Shown here piece by piece: positions 34,677-47,116 of a stretch of DNA of 64,000 bases. A model generated the notes under the pieces. It was not told where the DNA came from, did not search any database, and worked only from the letters and a program-made list of their open reading frames with translations. Each line of letters begins with the position of its first letter. Positions within the stretch are counted from its first letter, which is position 1. The stretch is taken from positions 784,130-848,129 of the forward strand of contig NW_005434657.1 of NCBI RefSeq assembly GCF_000315625.1. The letters run 5' to 3'. This stretch comes from Guillardia theta CCMP2712 (taxonomy: Eukaryota; Protista; Cryptophyta). A program made the translations under genes and the position numbers.

Positions 34677-37008
34677 ATGGCACCAGGGGGTGGCGGAGGG
34701 AGGAGGAGGAGCAGCGTCGCCTCCCGCTCCTCTCACCGCCACAGTCTTCCCTCCCTCACGTCTCGCTCCTCGTTCCCTTCCTCTTCCCGTAGTCGCGCCT
34801 CCCTGCGCACCCCTACCCCTCCTCTTCGCCCCTCATCACGCGGCCAAGCCGGCCCTAACAGCCGAGCTGTGACTCCGTTGCTGCTCTCCTCGATGGGAGA
34901 AGGGAGCCAGAACGTGGGATCACCATCCCTATGGAAGAATAAGAGCGACAAGAACGCCATGGAGAAGAGCATGATCTTTGAGATGCTTTCGCGAGGGCGA
35001 GGAAGGCTGTTGAATGCTCTCAACAAATCAGATATGAACAAGCTCGTCGAGGTTTCAGAGATCGTAGATTATGACAGAGATGCTGAAATCATCGCGGATG
35101 GCGAAGACCTCACTGATGAAATGCTCGTCCTGATGCATGGCTGCGTGACTGGCAATGTGAAGCGACCAGGCATGCCACCATCGCGATTCCAGACAAGAGC
35201 ACCAGGCGCTTGCTTCGGCTTACTTGAAACGGAGAACGCAAGCCTGCATATGGTAGCTGCGAGTGAAGTGCGGATGTGCAGAATATCATGGGAGGACTTG
35301 TCGTCCCTCTTCCTGTCAAAGTCAGAGGCGAAGCTTGTTCTTGACAGCGCCGAGAGAGAGCTTGCTGCCAAGACCATTCAGCGTCGAGGACCTCCTTTCA
35401 ACTGCCTCTCACTCATGGAGACCACGAGGTTGGCGGAGAGATGTAGATTGAGATGGTACCATGCGGGTGAAGTCGTGTACAAGCTGCCGCAGACGTCCGT
35501 CAACGACGAGTTTGTCGTCTTTGTGCTCGTCGCAGGAGCAGTGTCAGTGGAACCCTACCCCAGGAGGGACCCCAAGAGCCAATACTACTTCGTGGTCGAC
35601 ACGCCGGGAAAGCTCATCGGTTGTTCAAAGAAGATCGGAGAGATAGAGAACCTTGACAAGATCGTCTCAACAGGAGAGAGTTGCGTCTGCACCATGACTC
35701 TCAAGTCCCTTGATGAATTCCTCCACTTCCGAGGGTCCAAAGAGATCAACTACGTCTCTGAGATCCGCTTGAACACCTCAAAGATGACGGAGGTTGTCCT
35801 GAGTGACATGCTGGTTGCTCAGAGAATGACCTTGTTCTCCCTGTGGGAGCAAGGGGACGGGGCCCTGAAGAGCTCGTTAAAGAAGCTGCACGAGTTCAGG
35901 ATGAGCAAGCAAAACATCGAGGATGCTCAGTCTCACATCAGTCCAGCCCTGGACCTGGCAGACCACGCGATGAACGAGTTCAGCAAGGTGCTCAACATGT
36001 TCTCTACTGACTTTATGGTTGACGGGGTCGACCTGGAAGACATCAAGATACGTCTACTCTCCATCCTCTCCCTACAGACTCACTTAGCCGAGCTCCTTCC
36101 TCCTGGTATCGTCAAGGCAGAGGCAACCCGGAAGCTGCAGGTGGCAGCAAGAATTCTAAATGACCGAGAGACCCACGTGATGGAACTTCAGTCCAAGAGC
36201 CACCCCACGGACTTCGGATCTCTGGCAGACGTGACGGAAGTATTGGAGAACTTGCCGTCGAGGATAGTGAAGTTGGAGGAGATGATAGTGAAGTACAGGG
36301 AGACTCTGTTGCAACGAGTGCCGGGGGTTCAAGGACAGAAGATGTTTGAGAACTTGATGATCTGGCATGAGAGGAAGGGCAAGGTCTGGGCGCTGACCAG
36401 GGAGCTCACGATCAAGCAGGCGTCTCTCTATCCTCTTGTGAGTAGGATGGAGGAGATGATGGAGGAGGGCAGCTTGGCTGATTCCAACCTGGACCTCTAC
36501 TACAGCATGAGCTCGGTGCGTGAAGAGGCGCAGGCTCTCAAGTCCTCGCTGAGGCTCAGACTCTTCGTGTTGGACTGGACCATGCTGCAAGCGCTCGTCC
36601 TCAATGTACCTGAGGCCCTCGAGTCCTCGGCCTCCTTTGACATGATCCCCTTTGTCTCCCACTGTCAGAAGGTGCTGCTCTTCTCAGCTTGTGGTCCCTC
36701 GCTGACTCTGTTGCTAGATCACTGAGATGTACGAAGAGCATGCTCTGGCGAAGGTGCAGGCAACAAGGATGGTGGACCAAGTCTTCAAGGACGCTTTCTC
36801 TGAGCAGACGTTGCCAGCCACGCGCAAGGGGAATCGGAGGATGAGCCTCGAGACCTCGCTGGTGCTCAAGGATGCTGCTGGGAACGAGCTCGACTTCAAG
36901 CTCCCTCAGTTCATGGAAGAGCTTGCTTCCTGGCTCTGCACACCAGACCCAGCACGTTGGGAGAAACAAGCCCGAAGGATGCAAAAGATCTCTCAGATGA
37001 GGAGCTAA
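34677..37008 (+). CDS. Protein with two degenerate cyclic-nucleotide-binding-like domains and a helical/coiled-coil C-terminus
   Basis: YDRDAEIIADGEDLTDEMLVLMHGCV...PGACFG and YHAGEVVYK...VFVLVAGAVSV...PGKLIG. Intron at ~36672-36717. Confidence 0.7.
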
Positions 37009-37081
37009 GAATTATGAAAGCTGTAAATACGATTTGTTCTTGTTGTACAGTAAAAAAACAACAAACTAATTTCCGTTGCCC

Positions 37082-38698
37082 TCATTCTTGATTGCAGGCT
37101 GCATCAGAAAGAACAAACATCACTTGGCCTTGCGCAGACTACCGTGCACTGCGCTGAAATCCAAGTCTCCCTTGCCTTCCATACGAGCGCGCTTGAACGA
37201 CTCGTTGGCAGCCGCGGCAACCTACGGAAACTCGTGGTGAGCGTAACAGACATTGGATATCAGACAAGAAGGTAGAGCAATTTAGCAAAGAGCAGACAAA
37301 GCTTTACCGGCATAGGGACTTCGAGCTTGTCGCCGAGAGCGAGCGCAAGCCGCATGTCCTTCTGTTGGTGCTTCAGAGGAAAAGCTGGAGGGTACTCTCC
37401 TTTCGCCATGCTCGGCCCCTTGAGCCTGAACATGGGGTTTGACATGGCTCCAGCATCCAGAACTTCCAGGAGAGCCGAGAGGTCAAGATCAGAGCTCTCT
37501 GCCAGAGTCATTCCCTCCGCAAATGCGTTCATCATGCTTCCCATGATCTATCAACAATAGTCAGAGAGCGAAAGGTCTTCATCGACTCTCTCCACCATGT
37601 TCACTACAAGCTTCATCCTAGCGCCACCTCCAGTCTTCCCCAGGTATCTGACGTAGCAGGCGTCATCACAAAAGAAGGATATGCATCACACGTCATCACA
37701 CAAAGAAGAACGAAAACTCACCGGTGCTTCTTGCCCATGGCCTCGAGGTATGGCTGAGAATCCTTGTAGAGACTTTCGTCCCCTGCAGTCTGCAACCCCG
37801 CGGAGAGCAAGAGCGAGAAGACGTTAGCAGCAGGAGGACACATGGAAGCATTTAACCAGGAAGATCAAAGTGCCGTCTTCTGCGGGTTTCTTGCTCCCCG
37901 ATACCTGAGAAAACGTTTTCAAAAAACTTGTTTCCACGTGGGAATGCTGGCATCAAACCGGAGCTTCGAGGAAACGACCACCAGCTGCGGTGATGGCATC
38001 TCCAATCTTGTTCGAGCATTCTTCATCCACAGTGCTGCAGTCTACATACGCCTTCCCGGGCTTCATCGCCTGCACAGCCTTCAGTGATCCACACTGTGAC
38101 AAGACACAGGATACTGCACAACATCAACACCACCGGGAATGTATCTGTGTTTGCCTCCAGAAAATACAACACATACCTTCAGAATCCCGTCATCTCGGAA
38201 GACAACGTCCATGGCGATGTCAGGATCGGCCAAACATGCGAATACAATATCGCACTCCTGCATAGATGTTGAGATGTTACAATTGCTACAATTGCCTGAG
38301 AAAAATCGACCTTGACAACATCCGCTGGAGTATCAGCAACCTTGGCTCCTTCTGAACGGCAAGAAATTATGACGCACCAATCATCATAACACGATTTCAT
38401 TCAGCCACCATGACCGACTCCCTGCTACTCTCCTCCTTGCTCCCTTCCTACTGCTACTCTCCTCCTTGCTCCCCTCCTCCTTGATCCGGATGATACTAAA
38501 CCTCTCCTTGAGTCTGAACCCTTCAGCTCCCTCTGCCACAACAACAAGCGATCCTGTCTCTGGTCGCTTACCTTTCTCGAGAGCCTGGCACTTCTCTTTC
38601 GTTCTGTTCCAGACCACCAAGTCGTGTCCCTTCTTCTTCAGGTTCCCTGCCATTCCCACCCCCATGATTCCAAGTCCCACAAAGCCCACGCGCGCCAT
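37082..38698 (-). CDS. GLYR: Glyoxylate/succinic semialdehyde reductase (beta-hydroxyacid dehydrogenase family)
   Basis: [10 protein letters not shown] Rossmann motif; VVWNRT; [16 protein letters not shown]; MKLVVNMIMG; [19 protein letters not shown]; GDLDFSAV. About 10 short introns. Confidence 0.92.
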
Positions 38699-38799
38699 GG
38701 TTTATACGTGGTGTCTTTCTACACCCCGTGCTTCCCTGTTTTGATGCTGTAAAACCCCTCTAATCTACCATATGATAGGGGGTAGGGGTCATAGACCCC

Positions 38800-39100
38800 A
38801 CCGGCCCCCACAACAATACAGTCTGGTACGTAGTCTGCGTATCCGAAATGATGGGAGACCGGCCCCGGCTCCGGCGCGGAGTCTGCGCGGAGTCCGCAGT
38901 CCAGGCTGGGCCCGGCGGCTCCAGTCAGGCGGTGAGTCCGAGGCTGCAGTGGCTGATCCTTGCTGTGACTCCGACGGGTGAGAATCTGGCAGGCTTGACT
39001 GAGTGGGCCGCCCGGCGGGGCCCGGTATGCTGCTTGTCACCGTCCGGTCATGAAGCACTGAGAGTTTCGAATCGTGAGATTTCAGAGGCCCAGGGGTGAT
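38800..39100. promoter_or_regulatory. GC-rich CCGG/GAGTC island in the GLYR / coiled-coil-gene divergent intergenic region
   Basis: 8 CCGG in ~250 bp (manual count) and several GAGTC/GACTC. Confidence 0.5.
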
Positions 39101-39164
39101 CCAGGGCTCTAAAGGGGGGGTCATTGGGCTTACCAAGCGGAGTCAAATGGTTTGAAAGGCGGGA

Positions 39165-40564
39165 ATGGCGGAGGCGGAGCTGCTTGCAAAGTTGGAGGGG
39201 ACGAGGAGGAGGAGAAGGAGGAGAGAGGAGAAGGAGTTGGGAGGATATGAAGACGAGATCGAATGGAACCTGGTAGAAGAAGACATCATCCGTTCAGACA
39301 TGCTTGAAGAGCCACCGACCATTACTCGTGGGAAGGTAGTCGGACAGATGCTGGAAAGGTGAGAGGCTCTGCGTATAGATGCGTCAAGAACAGTTGACAT
39401 TTGTTTCCAGACATAAGCTGAAGTTGGCTCTGAAGATGTTGAAAGAGCAGAAGTTGGAGGAGGAGAACAGGGAGTTGAAACAGAAACTGAACGATGCACT
39501 GATGAGCAACGCGAACATCATGAAGGAGCTACTGCAAGCTCGAGAATCGAGAGATTACATGTTGAAAGAGTGGAAGACTCGAGAGGAGATCATGAAAACT
39601 GAGATCTCAAGGCTGAACGACAACTTGCGAAAACCAAGAAGCAAGGAGTCGGCCAGTCAAGCTTCATTTTCAGAAATACACTATGTCTTGACGAAGGACA
39701 AAGAAACTCAATATGAGGTAGATGCAAAGAGAGAAATGCATGACGTGTGTCGTCCTAATGGACAACGTGCCAATCCTGAGTTGATGACTACCCCACAACA
39801 GCACAGAGATCTGACTTTGAAGGAGATTTCCGTTGTGGAAAGTTGCACGCAGACAGAAGTTGATGTACGAGAGAGGGATGTGAAGACTAGTGAACCCTGC
39901 TGCGATGTTCTGAAAGAAAACAAGAGGAATCAAGAGCTCTCGGTGTCGACGGTCAAGGGGCACGGGCTATCGAGAGATTCGAGAAAGGCACAGCATGTAA
40001 TTGTCAATCCTCCCTTGTTGTTGCTTGTTTGACAGTGGCACAGAACGTTGTGATCTCAAAATCGACAAGCTGGGGAAAACAAACTCATCCGGACTCACAT
40101 AAAGTTGATCATGTCACCGCCCCCATGGCGGAAACTCTGCCTGCTGCCGAGGATCATGTGTTGCAGGAGAAGCGAGCGTTCCAGAATCGAGAGCATCACC
40201 AGGAGTATGGAGGGGAAGGGTTGAGTGTGGAAAAGATGCGGAAGTTGATCAATTTCTTGATGTTCCAGTGAGCCCTGTGAGCTCCATCTCCTCTACTCAT
40301 CTCCCTCCACAGGTCAAGATGGGAGTCACAAGTAACTTCGGCCCTACGTCACCAGTGTGGCAACGAAGCCGTTTTCGGCTTGCTGGCTCGAGCGTGCTTC
40401 GGCACATGGAAGCTGCAGGCTCGAGTCAACGGAATGGTTCTGACCATGATGTGAGTGCTTGTCAGGCGCATTCTCATCGATCACAATGTGATTTGTGGCA
40501 ACGCAGGAGACAACGGGAGTCCCTCCTCCGAGTCTACGATGATGATCATGAGAGTGAAAAGTGA
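39165..40564 (+). CDS. Hypothetical coiled-coil protein (4 exons)
   Basis: ORFs 39165, 39379, 40029 and 40268 are linked by GT-AG introns. Heptad-rich segment KLEEENRELKQKLNDALMSNANIMKELL. Confidence 0.6.
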
Positions 40565-40632
40565 CACAGGAAACTCCTGGCCCTGTCATGGTTCTCTTAC
40601 ACTTGTGCTGTACATATTCTCCATCGTCAGGT

Positions 40633-41775
40633 TCATCCTCCCAACTTCAGCTGGTGCTTATTCTTCGCTGTACGTGCCACAAACCCTGCACCACCTGGAA
40701 CCAAGGAGAGTGAGCGTCTCACGTCAACAACACGTCCACTCGCCCGTCGGTGTTTTTGAATGTCGGCATGGATCTTGAAGTCCTCGAACTTCTCCATGCA
40801 GAGCTGGCAGAAGCCTCTCTTTATCTTCTTCTTCACCTCCTGGCAAGACAGTCACGACCTGACCCCAACGTATGATGCTCCTTACGGATTGTCCGTCCCC
40901 TCTCTTGGTGCTATGAGTCAGATCGTTGACTCGCTTGTCGCAGCCCGGTGGCCCATGTCGAGGAAGGAAGTGCAACCATTCGGGATACCCACACTCTCTA
41001 CCTGTCAACATCGCAGGGACCATCAGCGACAGCGCAAGGTTGCAAGAATTAAATCGATTCAACTCACCGTATTCCTTATCCACGCTGCATACCTTCACGA
41101 CGTGCGTCTCTTTACGCAGTTCCGCTGCAGTCAGAGGCTTCTTGCAGTGAGCTGCCTTGCTATCCAAGCCTCCTGCTCTTGTCGCTGGGCTTGTCTCTGC
41201 GTAGATCATGCTGCGGATCTGTCCGGGGGTCCTTTGGCGACGTCAGACACCTCAACAAGAACAAGATGGGAGACTACAATATCTTCTTGTTGTGTGAAGT
41301 TGCAAACTGCACAACACTCGGCGGCGTTCGCTCTTGGCTCATCCTCGGGACTTGAGCCATCAATCGCTCTGCTCGTCGAGATTGCAACTGCATCGACGTG
41401 AGGATGACGAGATATCATGGCATGCTTACCTCGCGCTTATGTGAGAAAGACCCGCTATACGTGCTGTTGCTGTCGGAAGTTCGAACGTAGTCAGGCGAGT
41501 TGGCGCAGATTCCTTCGACAGGCAAGTCAAACATCGAGAGGAAGGAGCTAGGGCTCACCGTTCTCTGCTCTAGGCCTCCTGTTCTCTGCATCCAAAGTCG
41601 CCTTTGAAACGATGAAGTCTACGTCTTTGTCCAGGAAGATGACTACTGAGCATCCAAGATTTTGAAGTTGAGACTTCACGGAGTCCAGGCTATCAGGCTC
41701 TGCATCCCAAACATTCTCGTCGAAGAACACACTACAGCCTTTCAGGCTCCGTCGTTCTGAACTTGATCTCTTCAT
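40633..41775 (-). CDS. DBF4: Dbf4/ASK-like regulatory subunit of Cdc7 kinase
   Basis: Motif N (BRCT-like) LKGCSVFFD...LQNLGCSVVIFLDKDVDFIVS; motif M-like VVKVCSVDKEY; Dbf4 zinc finger KRGFCQLCMEKFEDFKIHADIQKHR. Confidence 0.8.
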
Positions 41776-41983
41776 CCTGCTCCTGCACACCCCATCAACT
41801 TTGTCTGAGTGATGAATCATGAGATGCTGCAACAGTGAAGAGGACATTCACACAAGGATGCTGGGCGGAAAAGAGCAGGCGCGGAGAAGGAGAAGAAGCC
41901 TAGAAAAGAGGGAGGTGACAGAACAGGATCCTTGGAGAGAATGAACAGATCGTGAAAGCTCAAGGCACTAGAGAAGCGTTGCA

Positions 41984-42198
41984 GGAGAGTAGGATAGTAA
42001 CGGAGGAAGGAGAGTAGGAGAGTAACGGAGGAAGGAGAGTAGGAGAGTAACGGAGGAAGGAGAGTAGGAGAGTAACGGAGGAAGGAGAGGAGAGTAACGG
42101 AGGAAGGAGAGGAGGAGAGTAACGGAGGAAGGAGAGGAGGAGAGTAACGGAGGAAGGAGAGTAGGAGAGTAACGGAGGAAGGAGAGTAGGAGAGTAGG
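41984..42198. repeat. 25-bp minisatellite GGAGAGTAGGAGAGTAACGGAGGAA, ~8.5 copies
   Basis: Direct read; one copy is shortened. Confidence 0.95.
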
Positions 42199-42325
42199 CG
42201 ACGAGCCCGTTCCTTCCCGCCCTCCCGCCATTCTCATCTCCAACAAAAGAAGTTGTAAAATTAAAAAAAACGAACGAGAAAAATGCAGGCCGGTATGGGC
42301 AAGAGGAAAGTGTGAGGGGAGAAAG

Positions 42326-42434
42326 AGACAAGACAAGACAAGACAAGACAAGACAAGACAAGACAAGACAAGACAAGACAAGACAAGACAAGACAAGACA
42401 AGACAAGACAAGACAAGACAAGACAAGACAAGAC
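42326..42434. repeat. (AGACA)n pentanucleotide microsatellite, ~22 copies
   Basis: Direct read. Confidence 0.95.
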
Positions 42435-42460
42435 GTTCAACAAAAACAAGAGAACAACAC

Positions 42461-44321
42461 ATGTCGAGACTCATGCAAGTTGAACCGACAAGAAGACGAG
42501 GGGCGCTCTGCGCGGTGCACGGGCATGCCCAGCCGTGAAGTTAGATTTAGTTGCGCCTCTCTTCTCACTCACTGCAGTGCATGTCTCACGAGGACTACGA
42601 GCAGACCAGCGCATGGCTGGAGCAAGCCTCTCTCGGCCATGAGAGCGCTGCCAGCCTCGTGGTGAAGAAGCTCAGGAGCGAGCCCGTTCTGGAAAGCTTC
42701 ATCTGTCGGAGGATCCTGGAGTTGTACAGCACGCGGGAGGGCGAGGGGGACAGCAAGTCCTCGTGTTCGAAGGCTGCTCTATCCCTTGTCCTGTCCGAGC
42801 TGTGCCGCAGCGCCATCTCGTCCAGGAAGACTTTGAGCAACTTCACCCCCATCCTCGTCTCCTGCGCTGCCGTCCGGCAAGCTTTCTGCCGGGACGTCCA
42901 CTGGAGCTCTCGTGCCATGTTGCTCTCGAGCTGGTCAAGCTGGGACTCTCAGATGGTGCAGGAGCAGACGCGGATGTTCGACGAGACGCTGAGCAGCATC
43001 TTGAGGGACTCTGGGAGCTATGCGCTCGACGGGACCGACGAGGGCAGGAGGTGGGAAGCGAGAGAGGCCGAGGGCTTCTGTGCAGAGACAGTCGTCGCCT
43101 GCATCGAGTCGTTGATCAAGGTAGGAGCTGCCCATGTGAGCGCAGACAAGATCGTCATGCTCCGGGCGCTCAGGGTCAGACTGCTGATGCTGGTGGGTAC
43201 ATCTGAGACGGTAAGGGAGGGAGGGGAGGAAGACGTCAGCTGGTCGAGGTGGAGCCTTCATATCCGGGAAGCAACGTGCGACAGAGCCCTTGTGATGGAC
43301 TCCTGCAAGACCTTGGGAGGGCGGGATGAGAGCTTGAAGCTGCAGTCGTCGCTCTCTCCGGATGCACCTCAGGTTCCTCTCTCAGTCATCCTGTGCGAGC
43401 TGCTGGAGGGGAGGCAGCAAGATCCGAGTGGTCAGCGAGCAAGCGACTTGGTCTTCCTTCTCTGGTCGTCGAGCTCGTGGGCTGCTCAGTACTTGGGGTT
43501 CAGCTTCATCAACAGCCTCATCAAGTCCAGCAGAGAGAGGTTCCGTGACCGGCTGGGAGACGAGTCGTTCTTAAAGCTGGTCTTCAGAGACGTGATGACG
43601 AGACGAGCTCGCGCGGGTGGTGAAAGGGAGGGGACTGATCAGCGAGTTTGCAAACATCTTGTCAAGATGCTGATGGGGATGCTGAGACAGATTCCTCCCC
43701 GGTTTTCTTCCTCTTCCGATGACCTTGAGCTTGTCAGGACGATCCTGTTCTTCTTCTTCGACGTACTGTTCAGCTTTTCAAACATACAGAAGATAGAAGA
43801 TGCCATTGATCTCGTCGAGAAGAGACTTGAAAGTGCTGACGATGGTGATGATGATGGCGGTGGTGAGGAGGAGGAAGCAGAGGGCGGGGAGGAGGATTCG
43901 CGCTCTCAAGCATGTTCTTATCAGCTGTCCCAGACTATTCGTCGACACCTGCTCGAGTTCCTCCTGCTGCAGTCCAGCAACGATGAGATGAACATCGACA
44001 TCGGCAGCGAGCAGAAGCTGCGAGCTCTGTGCTTCAAGGTCTCCTCCGCAGAGAGGAACGCGCTCCTGCTGGGGTTCACCGTCCGACTGTGGAAGAGGCT
44101 GAGACGGGGGGCGAGCGAAGGAAAGGAGGTCGATGTTGGCCATCGCATCTCCTGTAGACCGACACAGACGAGGTTGGTTGCGATTGCGCTCTCAACATTT
44201 GGAAGATCGCAGAGACGCCAGGAGGAGGAGGGGGGGAAGCGGGAGAAACGAGTGGCGGCACAGGAGGAGGAGCATGGGACAGGGATAGTTGGCCTCTTGA
44301 CGGCACTCATAGGGAACGGGA

Positions 44322-44358
<37 letters not shown>

Positions 44359-46981
44359 GCATCATCAGCATCATCAGCATCATCATCATCATCATCAGCA
44401 TCATCATCAGCATCATCATCATCATCAGCATCAGCGATCAGCATCATCAGCATCGCCATGTGCGGCTGTGGAGGTCGGAAGTTGGTTGAGCTCGGCACTG
44501 GAGAGGCAGGGGATGGGAGATAAGAGAATTTTCTCCTTCTCCGACTACCTGGGCTGGTTGAAGTCGATGTTGATGGGAGGGGCGGACCAGGTCGCGTCGA
44601 GCCTGGCAGAGTCTCTCAGCAGCGGGCTCGTTCCTGTCTCCTTCGACCTGATGAGAATGTGCAAGGAAGTGCTGAAGGGGAGAGGAAGGGAGGAGCTAGG
44701 GAGCCTGCGGAGGACGATCTTGACTCTGACGATGCAGCAGAAAGTGAAGAAGGTGGCGGAGGGGAGGAGAGGAGGGAAGCATGGCAACTACCTGCAGCTC
44801 TTCGACGTGCTGCTCAAGAGGTTTGATGATGGAGATGCTTGCAAAGGCTTCATACCGAGTGTGCTGACCACGAGCGAGGCGTCTTGGAAGAATTTCTTGC
44901 TGTACATGGCAGACATGACAGGAGAAAAGCTCTTCGACCTGCGGACCTCCGCTGGAAAGGACAGTGAGGGGGAGGGGAAGCAGGAGCAAGAGCAGGAGCA
45001 GGAGCAGGAGCAGGAGGATCGGGACCATGCTGAGATGCGGATGTTGACACGGATGGACTTCGTTCGGTTCGTCAACGCCATCGTCTTCTTCGAGCTTCCT
45101 CATCACGAGATCTTGAAGGAGCGGCTGCTTCCTCCTCCTCAATCCCTCGTAGACATGCTCTCCTCCTCTTCCTCGGCGGCAAGCAGGCAGGACAAGTTCG
45201 CTATCGGTGTCAAGATAGCTTCTTTCTTGTCATCCATGGCAGACACGACGAGCTGGTCCGGGATGATCTTTCAGTCAGCCGTAAAGTCCACCTGTCCCCC
45301 AAGCTCCACCTTCCAGCTGCTCCAGCGCTTCCATACCGCCTTCTTTCCTCCAGCTGTCGAGCAGCAGTTCCGCCAGGCCTGCATCGCCGCAAACTTTGAC
45401 AGGAGGGTCTGTATGCAGCTGACGGCCCTGCTGGGCTGCTTCAAACATGTCAAGTACGACCGGCTCTTCTCTATGGACGAGATGCTCTCCTCCTCGCTCT
45501 GCGATGCCCCGCGCTCTCCCTCCTTCTCCTCTCTCATTCCCTTCATCCTTCGTTCAGCCTTCGAGCGGTCGGGGGCCCTTGCATGGGACAGCAGCGACAG
45601 GCTCCTCCTCCTCGGCGCGCGCCTCGTCTTCCTCATCAGCAAGCAGCCGCTCGCTGCCCGTGATGCCTGGCTGCCCCTCCTAGAGTTCATGTGGGAGAAC
45701 ATCCCTCGCGAGGAGGAGGGGAGGGGGAGGAAGAGGCTGCTGCAGGAGGAGGGGGAGGGAGTCACTGTCCTCTTGCTACAGGGATGTCAGGCACTACAGC
45801 AGCTGCCGCACCTCCTCTCCTCCTGCTACCAGAAGTTCCCCATGAGCGTGAGCTTGCTTGACTGGCTGCGATGGGAGACAGAATTTCTCAAGGAGAAGGA
45901 AGGGAAAAGGCAGCAGGAGGACTTGAGAAAGGCTGAAGAGGAGCAGGAGGAGCAGGAGCAGGTTCTTCACTACGCAAGCATGATATGGGGAGTCTTCATC
46001 CCTCTAGAGTTTGACGACCAGGTGGAGGCATGCTTGCTGAAGCTTCTCGAGGCTTTCAAGGATCCCCAGCTGGCTGCCAACAGAGCTCTCACCCTCCTCT
46101 TCCAGCAGGCATGCCGGGCAGTGGCGAGCGAGGAGGACGAGAGCCGCAACCTCTGGTTGCTCAATGCTCTCCTCAAGGACTGCGAGGAGCTGGAGGGCAG
46201 CTGGACTGAGCGCGTCCTCTCGCTCGTCCCCGAAGTCGCCTTCTGTCCCCTAAGGAACAGGACTGATGTCAACCTGAAGCTCCTGGGCCGCATCCTCCTC
46301 ACCCGCTCCCCCCTCATCTGGTCCTCCTCCTTCCTCACCAAGGTGGCATGGTCGGTGACGCACTTCGCCTGCCAGAGGGAGGAGGAGGAGGAGGCTGCAG
46401 CTGTCCGGCGCTTCCTCCTCTCATGGCTGGAGCTGACGAGCGAGTCCGGCTTGTCAGTTGGGGAGGGGCTGAGGAGAGAGGTGGGCAAAGGTTTTCTCTT
46501 CCTGCTGCGGGCACGAGGCCACCGGGCAGAGGCAGAGCTGCTTGAGCGCCTCCTCCTTGACTGCGCTGTACTTCATTGCCCTGCTCCGCTCCTGCCGGAC
46601 TTGCTGGATGCTTCCAGCGTCGCATGGAGACTCCGGCGGGGAGGAGAAGAGCAGCAGCTCCATGTGGAGGAAGAGGAAGAGAAGGCTGGAGCGGCTTCAG
46701 GTGCTCGGGTAGGAGCTGGTCCAGACGTCGAGATGGGCGAGGCAGGGATAGAGGAAGGCAACAGAGACTTGCCAAATGGACGGGGGAAGGAGGAGGAGGA
46801 GGAGGAGGAGGAGGAGGAGGAGGAGGAGGAGGAGGAGGAAGATGGGGACGGAGATACGAAGAAGTCTCGAAGATTGAAGGACAGAGAGCAAGATCACAGT
46901 CAAGCGGACTCAAGGTCTTCGCCGAGCAAGCGAGGTCGAGTCAAATCTTTCAAGAGGCAAAGAAGAGGAGGAAAGAGCTGA
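42461..46981 (+). CDS. Large (~1,490 aa) alpha-solenoid nuclear protein, candidate FANCA-like; contains a poly-His/Gln tract and a C-terminal basic NLS
   Basis: Short exon 42461-42514, an intron, then a 4.4-kb uninterrupted ORF. Leucine-rich helical composition and SKRGRVKSFKRQRR at the C-terminus. The FANCA-like motifs are described in findings; the family call is tentative. Confidence 0.7.
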
Positions 46982-47116
46982 AAGCAGTGGAGTGTAAGAT
47001 CGACCCGTTTGCCGGATGTCAAAGTCACGACGATGATCTAACGCGGTGAATTATTCATTTCTCTTAAATTTCGTTGAAAAATCTTGACAAGTATCGAACA
47101 CAATACACACACATTG

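Noticed and set aside
41984-42198. 25-bp repeat array as a CRISPR
   Set aside because: The units are contiguous with no unique spacers, there are no cas genes, and the context is eukaryotic.
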